Made by a program: the position numbers and the translations under genes. The notes below the pieces were generated by a model. It was given only the letters and a program-made list of their open reading frames with translations. It made no database searches and had not been told where the DNA came from. Of a stretch of 62,119 nt of DNA, positions 30,106 through 44,000 are shown piece by piece. The DNA comes from Gracilinanus agilis (lineage: Eukaryota). Positions within the stretch are counted from its first letter, which is position 1; each line of letters starts with the position of its first letter. Where the stretch lies: the NCBI RefSeq assembly GCF_016433145.1, contig NC_058132.1, forward strand, positions 28,975,890 through 29,038,008. Reading direction: 5' to 3'.

Positions 30106-33100
30106 TTAAGGACGGCGGGACAAACGCCGAAGAAGCTCCTGGCTCAGCAGCTCCTGCTCTCTCCTCGCCCCTTGAAGCACACTTCTATTCTCCTGGGCCC
30201 GACGAAGCAGGTAGGGAATTACCTCCTCCAGAGAACCATAAGGGATAGACTTGTAGATGGAGTAACCAGCCTGCCCTGGGTAAGAGAGGATATCGGGGGA
30301 ATGGGGACTGGCCTTCTCCTTCATGCTTCCTTCCCCACAGATAATGGCCCTCTCATCTTGACTTCACTATTACAGACCAAGGGCAGGCTCAAATTGTGGA
30401 CGGAGAAGGGAAGAGAGAAGGCTATTAGATTGAAAATTATGCCCATGAGAGCAGGGATCGAGGGCAGGCTAGTCTAATGGGAACACATACCCAGGGCAAG
30501 GGAGACATGGTCACACATGCCGAGCAGCTGTCCAAAGCAAACAGCACCATCTGGAGGAATCCCCAAATCTGACATCCTATGGCATTTGAAAACAAAGTTA
30601 ATGCTCTACAATAAACATTTAAGTGCCTGCTGTGTGTAGTGCTCTGTGCTTGATTCATGATGGCCTCTGAAAGGGAGGAGGAATTCTTTAGCCTGCCATG
30701 TAAAGCCCTCACCCTCCTCTCAAGTCTTTGTTCCTAGTGCTCCCACTCTCTATAGAATCATCGACATGTCCATCTCCCATCTCCTGCTCTGTGCCTTTGC
30801 TTAGGTGCCTGGGCCCCATACCTGGAATACACTCCCTCTCTCATCTCCCTCATCTGCGCTAAGCTCTTCTTGATCCTTTCATTTTTGTGGTTCTCTTTTC
30901 CCTCTGAAATTCTCTTGCTTTAGGAGTAGCCTCACACTGAATGGTCACTAATAACGTTGGTTAAATTGAAAAACCTTTTCATTACAAAAAGTTATATATA
31001 AAGTTAATAAACCAAAGAGCAGGATTTATATAGCACTCGTACTCATTTGAGTTAGGTACAGCAGGTAGTGTCCCCATTTTGCAGACAAGGAATCAGAAGT
31101 GTTTAAGGCAGAATTTGTACCCAAGTTAGTCCCGAGGCTATGTCAGTCCAGCATTCTTTCCACTACACCAAATATTTTGGTGTAAGGTTAGGTAGGGAAA
31201 GTTCTTAAAAGAGAGCCCATAGGGCAAGACAGTAGACCCACTTCCTTTTCCTGCAGCTCTGAATCCCTCTCCTCCTGGCCCCAAGAGGAGATCAGGCTTC
31301 AGCTGAATCCTTCAGATCTGCAACTGCCTCTTGAGAATCTTGGACACATCACTGAACCTCCTTGGACTTGCTTTTCTCCCTTCTAAATACGGGAATTGAA
31401 ACGATTACCTCTAAAAAGCTCTGCACTGCTTCGGATAGTCTCTGCATCTCTAACCCCCTCATCATCTTGTGCTTGCTTTCTTTGGCCTTTCCTGCCTCTT
31501 TAAGAATACCCCCCAGGCTCCCCCTCTCCTCTGGCCCCAGCCTTACCGCTTGACTGCCTGGCGCACAGACTCTTCATTGTGGGACGCTACCATGAGCTGA
31601 CATCGTGAGCCCCGGCGGCTAACGTGCCCTAACATCAGCTCCAGGCATCGGCTGTAACTGGGGGAGGGAGGATGGGAGGGAAGGTATGGGAGTCACTGGT
31701 CCATGGTAAACCTAATCCATGTCTCTACCCTCACTCCCTTCTGTGGGAGCCCCACTCTTGCCTACCTTCGGCTTGTGTCCTCATAGTTGGGCTGGGTAGG
31801 ATCTGCTGTCCCGCTCTGCTGGGCAAGCGCCCGCTCTGTCTCCAGATATGCCCCACGAACCAGCTTCACCCCAAAGGCCAGACCTCCTCTCTCTGCTGCC
31901 TCTGCTGCCTGATTCAGCCGCTCATGAGTGTCCTGAGGTGGTAGTACAGGAGGCAGGGGACGTAAGAGACCGGGGGTCTTTCCCCACCCACTCCGAGGGG
32001 CTTCTCGGCTCCCTTTCCCTAAGCTGCTTGTTACCTTGAGATAGGCCTGGTAGGTGTTCCACACCCAGGGAGCCCCATCCCTATCGACTTCCTCTGGGCA
32101 GTTCCAACGGACAGCCAGGGAAGACACGAACAGGGTCAGTGCTGGGTTCAGAAAGGTGTACTCTGCATCCACCAGCAGCCTCACACCCTGCTTCCGGGCA
32201 TACTGTGGAGGAGGATAAAAGAGATGGGGGTCACTGGACTCTGGCTCTGGAATGGAGTAGGGGATTTGAGGGCTTTGTTTGAAATGAGGGGGAGCACCTT
32301 TGGAAGAACTGGGGCTGAAGTAGATATTGGGGTTCACCTGGGCAATGCGATGGAAGCGGCTCAGCGAAGCTCTGAGGTGCTGGTTCTGCTCAGGGCTGAG
32401 ACTGGAAATCGAAAGGTCCTGAGGGAGAGCAGAGCTTAGATTCAGGGCCTTCAGGGAGACGTTCACAAATACTTTGGGGATAACGGGTGTTTGGAGAGCC
32501 TCACCTTACCACTTTCCATGGTGGTAGCAAACCTTTCAGGGCTTAGCTCCCTGGCAGTCCCAGGCTCCCTGAGCCGGAGTGTTAGTTCTTTCTGAAATGG
32601 GCAGCAAAAGTGGGGTGGGGAATTAAGGGGTGCATAGTTCAGGATTCAAATTCAGGTCCAACCCCCAAGTTCTCCCCCAGATCTTGGGTGTCTTACGCAG
32701 AGTTGGGCACTGGTCAGTGCTGTCACTTTGAGTTGCATGAGGGCAGGCTGTGGTGGTGGGGATCCTGGGGGCCCACAGGACAGATCCACACAGTGCAACA
32801 TAGCATTGAGGTTTTCCTCATACCAGGCTTCTCTGCAGACCAAAGAGAACCTGAGTTGCCAAGGTCCTGCAGGTCCTTTTCTTTCAGGTTTCTCACCCCC
32901 AAAAGCTTCTTTCTCTTGTCTCCACCTTCCCTTTACTCTCGTCTTGCATTTCACCCTCCCTTGATCCATGTTCTTACCCTCCCCGATCTGTCCCCGGCTC
33001 CTCCTCAGTGGGCACAGCCAGCAGTGGCCGTAGCCGGAGGCCCTGAAGTCTCTGGACAGAGCCTTGCACCTCAGCAGTTGTCTCCCCAGCCACAAACTGC

Positions 33101-33505
33101 CCATACACTGAAGCCCGAAGTAGTGCCCCAGATAGCCGGGAGCCCAGGAGCCTCTGGGACCAAGACAGAAGCTAGGTGATAAGAAGGAAAAACAGAATTA
33201 AAATTGGAAAATATTTTAGAATTCCCTTAGATACAGAAGTGCCTTAGAATGCCTTATATTAGAATTGAGGATACCTTAAATAATTCTTCCCATGGGGGTC
33301 AGGACTGGAGAATACTTACTGTTAACCCATAGGTGACCAGAGGAGGCCAAGCACAGAGCCGAAGCACCAACAAGGCCCGAACTAGTTCCCTTGTCTTTTT
33401 TAGACGAAAAGCTTCCCCATCAAACCGTAAAATTGGCCCCTGGGCTCCTGAACCTTGCAAAGGGGAGGTAACCCGAGATAGCAGTACTCGGCTGGTTCGG
33501 AGCAT
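30106..33505 (-). CDS. PRODH2: Hydroxyproline dehydrogenase (proline dehydrogenase 2), 10 coding exons
   Basis: Motifs ALLVLRLCAWPPLV, RASVYGQFVAGET, LMQLKVTALTS, VRLLVDAEYT, GVKLVRGAYL, LMVASHNEESVRQA, FGQLLGMCDHVSLALG and YKSIPYGSLEEVIPYLLRRAQENRSVL. Exons checked were open. Confidence 0.97.
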
Positions 33506-33669
33506 TCTGCCTGCCTTCTAAGTACCAGTCTCAAAGGAAGGGAACCTTAAGGCAATCAATGGGACCAAAAACCCACTTTCCCCGCCTTTTGGGTGGCATA
33601 TGACCAATTTACTTGGGGGGGGAACATAGCTAGGGTCAGTGGCTCCTTGGTGGGCGGGTAAGGGGATGG

Positions 33670-33702
33670 GTAACTCATTAACCAGACTTGGGGCAGAGTT
33701 CA
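33670..33702. promoter_or_regulatory. Adjacent HNF1-like and HNF4-like sites in the PRODH2 promoter
   Basis: GTAACTCATTAAC at 33670-33682 (reverse complement GTTAATGAGTTAC) and GGGGCAGAGTTCA at 33690-33702, ~170-200 nt upstream of the ATG. Confidence 0.55.
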
Positions 33703-34079
33703 GGTTTGGGATGGGGGGCAGGGGAGGAAACCTAGAATTATTAGGGGCTCTGAAAAGCATATTCCCAGATTTTTATACTGGATTGAGCTAGTATTGCAAG
33801 ATCATAGGACTAGAGAACAGGCCTAGAGCTAACCATATGCCCCATCTTTGCCCCAGTCTTACTTTTTAGGAAAGAGTGGCTTCAGTTTTGAGGAAAAACC
33901 CTTAATTCTGAACCATTCATAACAGTCTGTTCTCATCTTTAGTCACCTTGCTAAGTAAGTCAGTAAGAATGGTGGGGGAATGAAAAGCCTGGACCCCAAA
34001 TATTATGGTAGGAGAAAAAGAGGAAAAACAAACTCTACTCCTTCTGGCTGATATCAGGCCAAAGACTGTCACTATAGGG

Positions 34080-34286
34080 GTGTGTTGGCGAACCCATGGC
34101 ATGAGTGCCAGAGTGTGCTGGAGGGGGCTGCTCCCCTCCCCATCTCCCCATGCACTTGAGGACATTTCTCACATAACCGGCTCTCTGCCCAGCAGCCCAG
34201 TGGGAATGCTTCCTCCCTTAGGGGCTCACATGCAGCATGAGGGTTGCAGTTTGGGCATTTGGTCTCTAAAAAGTTTGCCATCACTG
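34080..34286. mobile_element. hAT MITE, 207 bp
   Basis: Degenerate left TIR GTGTGTTGGCGAACC and right TIR AAGTTTGCCATCACTG, with 8-bp TSD CTATAGGG (34072-34079 and 34287-34294). Confidence 0.85.
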
Positions 34287-36491
34287 CTATAGGGTCTCTG
34301 GCTGCGTTCACTGGGGAAGATGGAATCATGGAGAGGTAATTATGGGTTCAGATTGGGTTCCCAGCACTGTGATTTTGTAGTCTTGGGGCCAAGGGTCATA
34401 AGAGCTATTTGTGTGGGGTCCGGTGGGGCTTTATAGTGCTGCTTTGGTGGGGCCTTTGAGTACCTAATTACCATCCAGTGTGGGATGTGAGCTCCTGTGG
34501 TGGTACTGTGGAATCTCTAGACTTAGATTGGGTCACAGGAGCTCAACACAACATTTATCAAGAGCTTCCAGTGTATACTGAGGATACCAGGAAAGACGTT
34601 CCCTGTCCTTCATTCTACTAGGGGCAGGGGGTGAGAAAGAAACGTCAAATGTGTTCTAAATGGAAGACAAGCTGATTTGAGAAAGGGAAAGAAAACGAAC
34701 AGCTAAGGGTTGAGGATCAGAGAAATCCTCATCTAGGAAGCCTTAGCCTTACACCTTAGTGGAAAGGATTTCTGCAGATGGAGGGTCAGATTTTCCCTGG
34801 CCTAAGCAGGGAATTTAGGAAGGTGGGGATACTGTGGGTGTATGATGGAGTAATGCCTTCTTCCCAAAGTTTTGACTGGGAAGCCACTAGAAGAAAGAAA
34901 AATGTCTGACAGCGTACATTTCCCCAAACCCTTGGGTCTTTTCTTCCTTTCTCCTTGAAGAATCTTTCCACCATCCAATTTGGAGGGCAGAAGAAAAAAG
35001 CTATGTTCGGCCAATTAAGTCTTTTTTTTTTTTAAACCCCTACCTTCCGTCCTAGAATCAATAACTGTGAATTAGTTCCAAGGCAGAAAAGGGGTAAGGG
35101 CTAGGCAATTGGGGTTAAGTGATTTGCTCGGAGTCACAAAACTAGGAAGTGTCTGAGGCCAGATTTGAACCTGCACCACTTAACTCTTAACCAGCATCTT
35201 ATTTCCTTGTACAATAGTGTATGACCACATTGTGGATTGCCTGTACATTGGGAAATGGTGGTCAGAGGCAAAAGCCAAACCAAGATTTCTATAATTTTAT
35301 GTATGGGGAGGCGGGGGAGTAGTAAGGGGAGGAAGGCTCTTATGTTTTGCACGTGAGGCCACTCCAAAGTTTAAAAAGGCTTTTTTTTCTGCCCCAAACC
35401 CATCCAAATTACAAATGCTCAAATCTGAAATGTATTATTTCACAAGTGGACTAGAGGGACTAAGTCGATGAAGGAACTCCCGATCAGCCACCCGCTATAC
35501 TTGATATTTCAGAGCAATGCCCAACGTTCTGAAAACTGAATCGGGGCCAGCCCTGCACATCCAAGCCATGTATCTATTCAGAGTAGTCTGAGGGCTTGTA
35601 AGTCAGTGCCCTGGGAAAGGCAAGGAAGACCCTGCGGCCTTTGGCAAAGCCTGTCCATGCACACCAGATAATATGCGGATGAAAACACTTGACTGGATGA
35701 CTGAATGTGTTGCCATCTGGTTACTTAGCTAATAAAGTGAGAACCTGCTTCTCAGCATGCAGAAAGCAGAAAAGGAGCCAAGTATGGGCGGTTCTTTCTG
35801 TGGCAACACCTCGGCTGTCACGTGGAATACCCACCAAGGGCACAGACAGCCTGTGTCACGTAAGTCTATATATTTAGAACTGAAAAGCATCTTAGAAGTC
35901 TTCGGGCCCATTTCCTTCAATTGAATCCCATTACTGTATATTGTGGGGGGGTGGGCCAAGATCAAAGTGAAAGGATAGGACCTAAGGATGGAAGGGATGA
36001 GGATAATGATGGCAGAAAGAAAGCAGGGCTGATCATTTCTCATTTTGTTTTTCTCTGCAAAGGAGAGTGACTTTTATACTGGAAATGACAATACAAAAAG
36101 TGACTAACAGGGAGTTGATACACAAGACAAGTGAGGAGATAGCAAGATAGCACCTCGCTGCTCTCAGTGAGCTTAAATGAGGCTGGCACTGATGAATAGC
36201 ATCCCTGGGCTGTGAAAGGCCCAGAAAGTGTGATCATGGAGCCACTTTCAGTGATTTCAGTGATCTCTGCAAAATCATGAAAAATGGAAGAGTTACCTCC
36301 AAACTAATGGGCAAACGGCCTGACATCTACAAAGGGAAGAAAACAGAGTCTGCAGACTGTAGACTGGTAAACTTGACCTAGATCCCTGGGAAAATTCTAG
36401 AATGGATCATTAGAGATATGGATGGCAAACATCTAGAAAGGAAAATAGATTTACAAAGAACCAGTTTGGTTTCATCAAAAATCTATCATGC

Positions 36492-36629
36492 ACGGGGCAG
36501 CGGGTGGCTCACTGGATTGAGAGCCAGGCCTAGAGACAGGAAGTCCTAGGTTCAAATCTGGCCTCTGACACTTCCTAGCTATGTGACCCTGGGCAAGTCA
36601 CTTCACTCCCATTGCCTAACCCTTGCTGC

Positions 36630-36675
<46 letters not shown>

Positions 36676-36928
36676 TTTTAAACTCTTCTGTGTATTAGTT
36701 CCTTGGTGGAAGAGTGGTAAGGATAGGCAATGGGGGTCAAGTGACTTGCCCAGGGTCACACAGCTGGGAAGTGTCTCAGACCAAATTTGAACCTAGAACC
36801 TCCCGTCTCTAGGCCTGGCTCTCAATCCACTGAGCTACCCAGCTGCCCCATCCCTTTGCTGCTCTTTTGCCTTAAAACCAATACATAGTATTAGTTTTAA
36901 GACAGAAAGTATGAGTTAAAAAAAAAAC
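36492..36928. mobile_element. SINE (+) with a nested SINE1_Mdo-type copy (-, ~36668-36848)
   Basis: Head at 36492, tail at 36850-36928. The inner copy is flanked by duplicated TTGCTGCTCTTTT. Confidence 0.8.
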
Positions 36929-36949
36929 TTATCAAACTAAAAAATAGCT

Positions 36950-39048
36950 ATAGTCATATAAAAAAAAATGTGCCAAATCACTATGGATTAGAGAAGTACA
37001 AATTAAAACAACTCTGAGATACCACCTTATACCTACCTGATTGACTAACATGACCAAAAAAGAAAATAATGTTGAAAGGAATGTGAAAAAAAAGAATACA
37101 CTAATACACACTGTTGGTGGAACTGTGAACTGATAACAACCATTCTGGAGATCAATATGGAACCAGGCTCACAGGGCTACCCTTTGACCCATCTATATCA
37201 CTACTAGATCTATATCCCAAAGAGATCAGAGATAAGGGAAAAGAACCTATCTATCTGTACCAAAATAGTTTTAGCAACTCTTTTTCTAGTGACTAAGAAT
37301 GGGAAACTAAGAGGTTTTCAGCCATTTGAGGAATGGATGAACAAGTTGTGGTACTGGAATACTATTGCACTACATAAGGAACAATGAACAGAATGAGTTC
37401 AGAAAAACCTGGAGAGACTTATTTATATGAAGTGATGCAAAGTGAAGTGAGCACATCCAGGAGAACAATGTATACAATAATAGAAATACTATACAATGAG
37501 CAACTATGAAGAACTAAACCATTATCAGCAAAGCAAATCTCCAAGATAACCACAAGGGACACTTGAAGAAAATGTTCTCCATAGCCAAAGAAGCATGCCA
37601 TCTTGCTCTATATTTCCTTCATGAGATTTATATTTTATTGTGATATGTGGCTTCTATCATGACATGAGAAATACGGAAATATGTACTACATTATAATAGT
37701 TAAATTGGGATTTTGAATTAATAATAAGAGAGTTATAAAAAGTGGTCACCAATTATTAACCCTTAAGTCAGGAAAACTATTAGCAACTTTTAGCAATTTT
37801 ATTTAATTGGAATATTAGTAAAAAGAGGAAAATGTGGAAGGGAAAAGAGGTAAGGAGACTGCCTAGCCTACCCTAAATGCTGATCTCAGGAAATGAAGCT
37901 TGCTTGCAGACAGAGTTCCAATCTCCACATGGGAATCCTAGTCACTCACCAGCAAGCCCAGCAGGATCCAGGCAAGGTCCCAATGCAGAAAAACCCTTTG
38001 TAAGCTAAGCTCACTGAGGCAGCAGTGAACCCAACAAAGTTCCTGACTCCAAGAAGCTCCAAAGCCGAAAGTCAAAGTCCTGAAGCCGAAAACTCCAGTC
38101 AAAAGGCCCAAAGCTCCAAGTCGAAGTCAGAGTCCAAAAGCCCCAAGGAGCTGTCCTCCAAAGAAGAAGTCCAAAGGAGAAGATTCAAGAAGTCCTTTTG
38201 GCCAGGAAGTTCAGGACTTTTTATAGTCTTCCTGCCCCTTCTCATTTTATAGGAACCAATCACAGTCTTTCAATTTGCCTAGCACTGCTAGGTGTGGGGT
38301 GGTAGGGGGAGTCCCTCCCTGCAGTGGCCTCTGGAGTTGTCACCTACTCTAGCAAGTAACTTGTGAACTCTCAAACTTAGTGACTGGTAAGGTACTAAGA
38401 AGGGGTACTTAGTTTTTGATTGATTAACTTAAAAGTCACTAATTGATAGACAGAGTTTGATTCACTCTTCACAATCCTCCCTGTGATTCTTTGGGAGACT
38501 AGTCTCTCCAATGAATCATTTAACATATACATAACATAACATATATAACATAACAGCTTATCCCTCTAAAGATCTTCTAGCCAAAGGTTTATACAATATT
38601 GCACTTTCTAAGAGGAAATTACAATAATTGGAAATAAGAGGGAAATAAAAGAGAGAGCAAAACCAATGTTTGGTAGGTGCATTGACAAAAAGCCAAGTTT
38701 ACATTCAGAATAAATGTGTTCAACCCCCTTCAGTTCAATCAATTACATCCCAAAGTTCATTCTGGATCTTCTGATGCAGTGTAGATTTCTTTATGGCACT
38801 TTCTTCAAACAGTTCCCTTTCTTGATTCAAAAAGTTGATGAGCTGCTTTTCCTGAAATTTTTCTCAAAAAATTTTAAGTCTTGGATTTTATGAAAATTTT
38901 ACAACATGAAATTACAGATATAACATATATTATTCACTGACTGGGGAGAGGACAGGGGGAAGGAGAAAACTTGAATTCTAAAATGTCAAAAAACAATTGT
39001 CAAAAATTGTTTCTACATGTAACTTTTAAATATTGGAAGAAAAAAAAA
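36950..39048 (+). mobile_element. 5'-truncated L1 (ORF2 C-terminus, 3' UTR, poly-A) interrupted by an ERV fragment
   Basis: L1 ORF2 end (..AAATTAAAACAACTCTGAGATACCACC..) at 36950-37680 and 3' UTR/poly-A at ~38900-39048. Duplicated CTATCATGC at 36483-36491 and 39050-39058. Confidence 0.75.
37690..38900 (-). mobile_element. ERV 3' LTR (~37690-38473) with polypurine tract and adjacent internal sequence
   Basis: Minus strand reads PPT ..CACAGGGAGGAT followed by TGTGAAGAG.., with CCAAT and TATAAAA elements inside the LTR. Confidence 0.7.
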
Positions 39049-42000
39049 CCTATCATGCTAGACTACCTCATTTCCTTTTTGGAAAGGATGCTATAGGGTT
39101 GAGTTTACCTGGATTTCAGCAAAGCTTTTGAACAAGCATCTCATACTTGGGGAGAAGATGTAGAAATATGAATTAGATGATGACATTCAGATGGATGCAG
39201 AGTTGGTTGGATAGCTGGATTCCAAGAGTAATTATTATTCAATATCAGCACTGTAAGAAATCTCCAGTGAAGAACCCTAGGAATCTATACTTGATCCTGT
39301 GCTGTTTAACATGTTTACCACTAACTTGGACAAAAGTACAGATGATAGGCCTACTAGATTTGCAGATAACAAAGCTGGGAGGGATAACTAACACAGTGAC
39401 TGACAGAATCTGGATCCAAAAGAAACTTGATCAGCATTGGGCTGAATTGAACAAGATGAAGTTAAAGATATATTTAAAAGTCTTGTACTTGGGTACAATA
39501 ATATAAAATTAAAATTTAAGCAACCTCGCAAATAGAAGATGGGGAGACATGGAGAGATAGCTGTTCAGAAAAAAATTTGAGGGGATTTTTTTAAACCCTT
39601 TTGTCTTGGAATCAATACTGTGTATTGGGGCATTAAGTGACTTGCCCAGGATCACACAGCTCAGGAAATATCTGAGGCCAGATTTGAACCTAAGACCTCC
39701 TGTCTCTAAGCGTGGCTCTCCATCCACTGAGCTACTCAGCTGTCTCCTTGAGGGTTTTAATAGACTACAAAATCAGTACATGTTGGTTATGTGCTATGGT
39801 AGCCACGAAAAGACATGCAATCTTAGGCTGCATTAAGGGGGTGGGATATAGCTTCTAGGAATAGGGAAAAGCAACAACTGTGTTTGTTTTAGTCAGACCT
39901 GGTCCTAGAGTGTAATTATCAGAAGGGCTTTAAAAGTCCATGATTTATGAGATTTGGTTGATGGAACTGATAGCTGCCTTCAGTGTTAAGGGCTATCTTG
40001 TGGAGGGATTAGATTTGTTCCATTTTGCCACAGAGAGCAAAACCAGGATCAATGGATGGAAGCTGCAAAGCATCAAATTTAGATTTGATGCAGTATATTA
40101 AGCTCTGTGGTCTCACTCTTCCAGAGCTAGCTGACTACATCTCTTCCCTCAGAGTGTTGGGGGAATAGTTTCTAGACATAGCCCTAAGGGCTTAGGATGT
40201 CTCTTCTCTAATGTTATTGGCTAAAGCCCATACCTTGATGTGGTCCCCCATTGTTAGCCATCAGTTACCTGCATCCTAGTTCCATTTTTAATGAATTATC
40301 TCAAAAATTTAGCAAGAACAGAAGTACAAGCCATAATTTCTGGGCCCACTGGTTCGTTCCTCTACCACCTTGGTCTCTGAGTGAGTGGCTCAAACAATGC
40401 AGTTTCAGGCCTACTAAGTTGAGGTCTGAATTTATCATTGCTACTAAGTGAGTGTTAATGAAATGTTGGCCAACTTGAAATATTGCAGAGCTGGGTCTCA
40501 AAGGTTGCTTCTCTGAGTCTCATACTGACTACAAATCTCAGAATGGTCTCCACTCCTGAACCTGTTCCTAACTCACTCTCGTTACCTTTTGAGACAAGTT
40601 CATAGCCTCCAACCTTCTTTACCTAAAATTAAAAAATGGAGGCAAAGAAATGGCATGGGTGGAGAGGCATTATTTCTTAATACTTTCAGTTGAACTAAAA
40701 ATAGGTTTTTAATATCCTTCCATAGAACCAAAACCAGTATTCATGGACAACAGGTCAACATTGGCTAGGGAGAGCCCTTGGCATCAACCCTTCAAACGCT
40801 TTTCTCACTGGAGCTAGCAGGTTAGAAGGCAGAAAGAAGTGGGCTGAAGAAAAGAAATGAGTCCAACTAATCCATTTTAAATATATCCCCAGTTCTGTCT
40901 AGGAAGTTACAGCCAATTGAAGAGGCGCCCTTTCATCATGAGGTTAGCAGACCAGAACTAGTTATAGAATGTCTACACATGTTCCAAAGTCCATGTGGGA
41001 ATTATATCAGCTGAGCATTCTGTACATGCTTGTAAAGACTGGACTCATCAACCAATGGCCCATTACACTCGCCATTCCCTCTTAGCTTCATACTGGTTCA
41101 GAAGGAGAATCCCCTGATACAACAGGAGAAACAGATCAGCCTTCTTCTATATCACAAAAACAAAACAAAACAACAAAAACTTCCTGACAAATAGAGCTGT
41201 CCAAAAGTAGAATGGCTTACTTGAAGAAGTGGTGGCTTCCCCGGCCTTAAAAGTCTTCAAACGGAACTTAGACAACCACATGTCACATATGTTATAGTGT
41301 GTATTCTTTTCATGATGGACTAGATGGCCATCAAAGTCCCTTCCAACTCTCACATTCTGTGATTTCATACAAAGGAGAGACAGAAGCTAGCATGTGCCAG
41401 GCCAGTCAAACCCTGCCTACAACCTTGACCACCATCTTCCCTCAGACCCCAGGGGAAACAACCCAGAGCCCTGAGCCCCAAGACCCATTGGAAACAGCAT
41501 GGCTTCTAGTACAGTGCCTACAACCATCTTTCTAGGAAGCAACCCTATGGAGCTGAAGCCTGGCAGCCGCTTCTGTTTACAGATGCTAATGCCACAGCTA
41601 TTGAAGGCTGCAAGAAAAATTTTTGCCCAACAAAGTTCTTGACATTGCCAAATCAGAAATCAAATTTATCAAAAGTGACATTAAAGAAAAAGTATCATCT
41701 TATTTAATTGCCATTTTGCTGGTTCACCCCAAGGACCATGGGACCTTTCCTCCTGTCTTGCAGCCCAAACCTTCCATTTGTGTTATATGACCCATCAGAA
41801 AGTGAGCTCTGGTTCAAATCTGGCCTCAGACACTTCCTAGCTGTGTGACTCTGGGCAAGTCACTTAACCCCCTTTGCCTAGCCCATACCACTCTTTCTGC
41901 CTTGGAGCCAATACACAGTATCCAAGACGGAAGGCAAGAGTTTAAAAAAAAAAAAAAAAAGAAAAAGAAAAAGTGAGCTCCTTGAGGGCAGGGACTGTCT

Positions 42001-43219
42001 TTTTCTCAGTGTTATGCACAGTGCTTTGCACATTATAAGTGTTTAATAACTGCTTTCTAAGATTTATTTAATTGATTCATTCAATGTCACAGATAGTAAT
42101 GGTTGATCCAGAATTTGAAACTAGATCTTCTGACTCCAGGTAGAATAGTCTTTCCTATACCATATTACCCTACTTGAAATAATGCTAGAAAAATAGGCTC
42201 TAGCTAAACTGTGGAAAATCTTTAATGTCAATTTAAGGATTTTTTATCTTATCCTAGGGGCAATGGGAAAGACATCAAAATTTTTCTCTCAGCCTTGCTA
42301 TCCCCTCAAACTATATCTTCTCCTTTCATTGCCACTCTCAGGGGGGAATTTGTTTATATTCATCTTACTTTATTTCTTTACATTCTGCTCACTTCTTGAT
42401 CCTTTGCAAACTGGCCTTCAGAAAAGCAAATAGTGTCCTGGGCTTCTAGCCATGAAAACCTAAGTTAAAATCTAACTCCAGATACTTACTTGTTCTGTGA
42501 CTTTGAGCAAGTCACCTAACCTCAATTTTCTCAACTATAAAATGGGGATCAAAATGACACCTACCTTGAAGGATTGTTGTAAAGATCAAATGAGCTAATA
42601 TTTATTAGGGTTTTTTAAACATTAAAAAAAATTTTTTTCTTTGGTTACATGATTCACGTTATTTCCCTTCCCTCTTTTCTCCCTCCTCCCAGTGTTGACA
42701 AGCAATTCCACTGGTTTATATGTGTATTATTATATGTGTATTAAAAAGAAAAAAATTCTTTTTAAAAAGCTAAGCTTTTTGCTCAAAACCTATTTCCATA
42801 TTATTAATTTTTGTAATAAAATAAGCTTTTAAAACCAAAACCCTAAATCATATACCCACATAAACAAGTGATAAATCATGTTCTCTAACTGTGGATAGCG
42901 TTCTTTCTCATAAGTGTCAGAATTGTCCTGGATCAATGCATTGCTGTTAGTAGTAAAGTCTTTTACATTTGATTAGCCAACTGTTCCTGTTACTATGTAT
43001 AATGTTCTCCTGATTCTGCTTCTTTCACTCTGAATCAGTTCATGTAGGTCTTTCCAGTTCCTAAAGAAATCATCTGGTTCATCCTTCCTTATAGCACAAT
43101 CATATATCACCATCATATACCACAATTTGTTCAGCTATTCCCCAATCAAGGGACATCCCCTCAAATGAGCTAATATTTGTAAAGCACTTAGCAATACCTG
43201 GTACTTAATAAATGCTTAT

Positions 43220-44000
43220 TCCCTCCATCACCACTCAACTGAAATTTCTTAAAGTCCCTCATATTCTCCTAATTGTTTATTACAATGGCTTTTCTTAGTC
43301 CTCCTGCTTTTTTGGCCTCTCAACAGCATTTGATGCTGCTGACCAACCCTTCTTGGATATACTCCTAGGATTTTTTGAACATTGCTTTCTTTTGGTTTTA
43401 TTTTGCCTCTCCTTTTTATCCTTTTTGCTAGATCATCATTCATGTATTATTGCCTATAAATGGATGAGTCTAAGAACTCTTTCCTGATCCCCTTCTTCTC
43501 TCTCTCTCTCTCTATTCTTCCTTAGGATCACATTAGCTCTCATGGGTTCAGTTATCTCTATCCAGATGATTCCCAAATCTGCATATCCAGATCTTATCAT
43601 TCTCCTGTGTTCCCATCCCTCATAACTAGTTTCCTGTTTGGCATCTTCATTGAGATGTCCCATAGGCCTCTCAAAATCAGTGTATCCAAAATAGAATTCT
43701 TTATCTTTAATCTCTAAACTTACTCCTCGTCCTGTCTACCCTGTTTTTCTTGAAGGAACCACCATTTTTTAGGTCATGGAAACTTGACATAATCCTCAAC
43801 TCTTCCCTTTTCCTTAATTCCCATATCTAGTTTCTAAGTCCTAAGGACTCTACCTACACCACATATCTCTCATCATCCTCTCCTCAACTTGCACAACTAC
43901 CACCCTAATTCAGGTCTTCATCACCTGAACTGTAGCAAGAGCCTCCTAAATGATCTCTCTGCCTTCACTTTCTCACCTTTCCAAACTTCCATACAGCTGT
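43220..44000 (+). mobile_element. L2 LINE remnant
   Basis: Decayed RT motifs (..LSTAFDAADQP.., ..GFSY.LYPDDSQI..) and an L2-like 3' portion. Confidence 0.6.

Larger units (their letters stand above)
36040..41370 (+). mobile_element. CR1/L3 LINE remnant (RT region and 3' end) split by younger insertions
   Basis: Decayed RT segments at ~36300-36490 (RLVNLT.IPGKILEWII) and ~39060-39520 (YLDFSKAF; ...TKLGG). CR1-type 3' end at ~41140-41370. Confidence 0.7.

Noticed and set aside
38025-38252. Ser/Lys-rich histone-H1-like ORF
   Set aside because: It lies inside an LTR on the opposite strand and reflects repetitive U5/R sequence.
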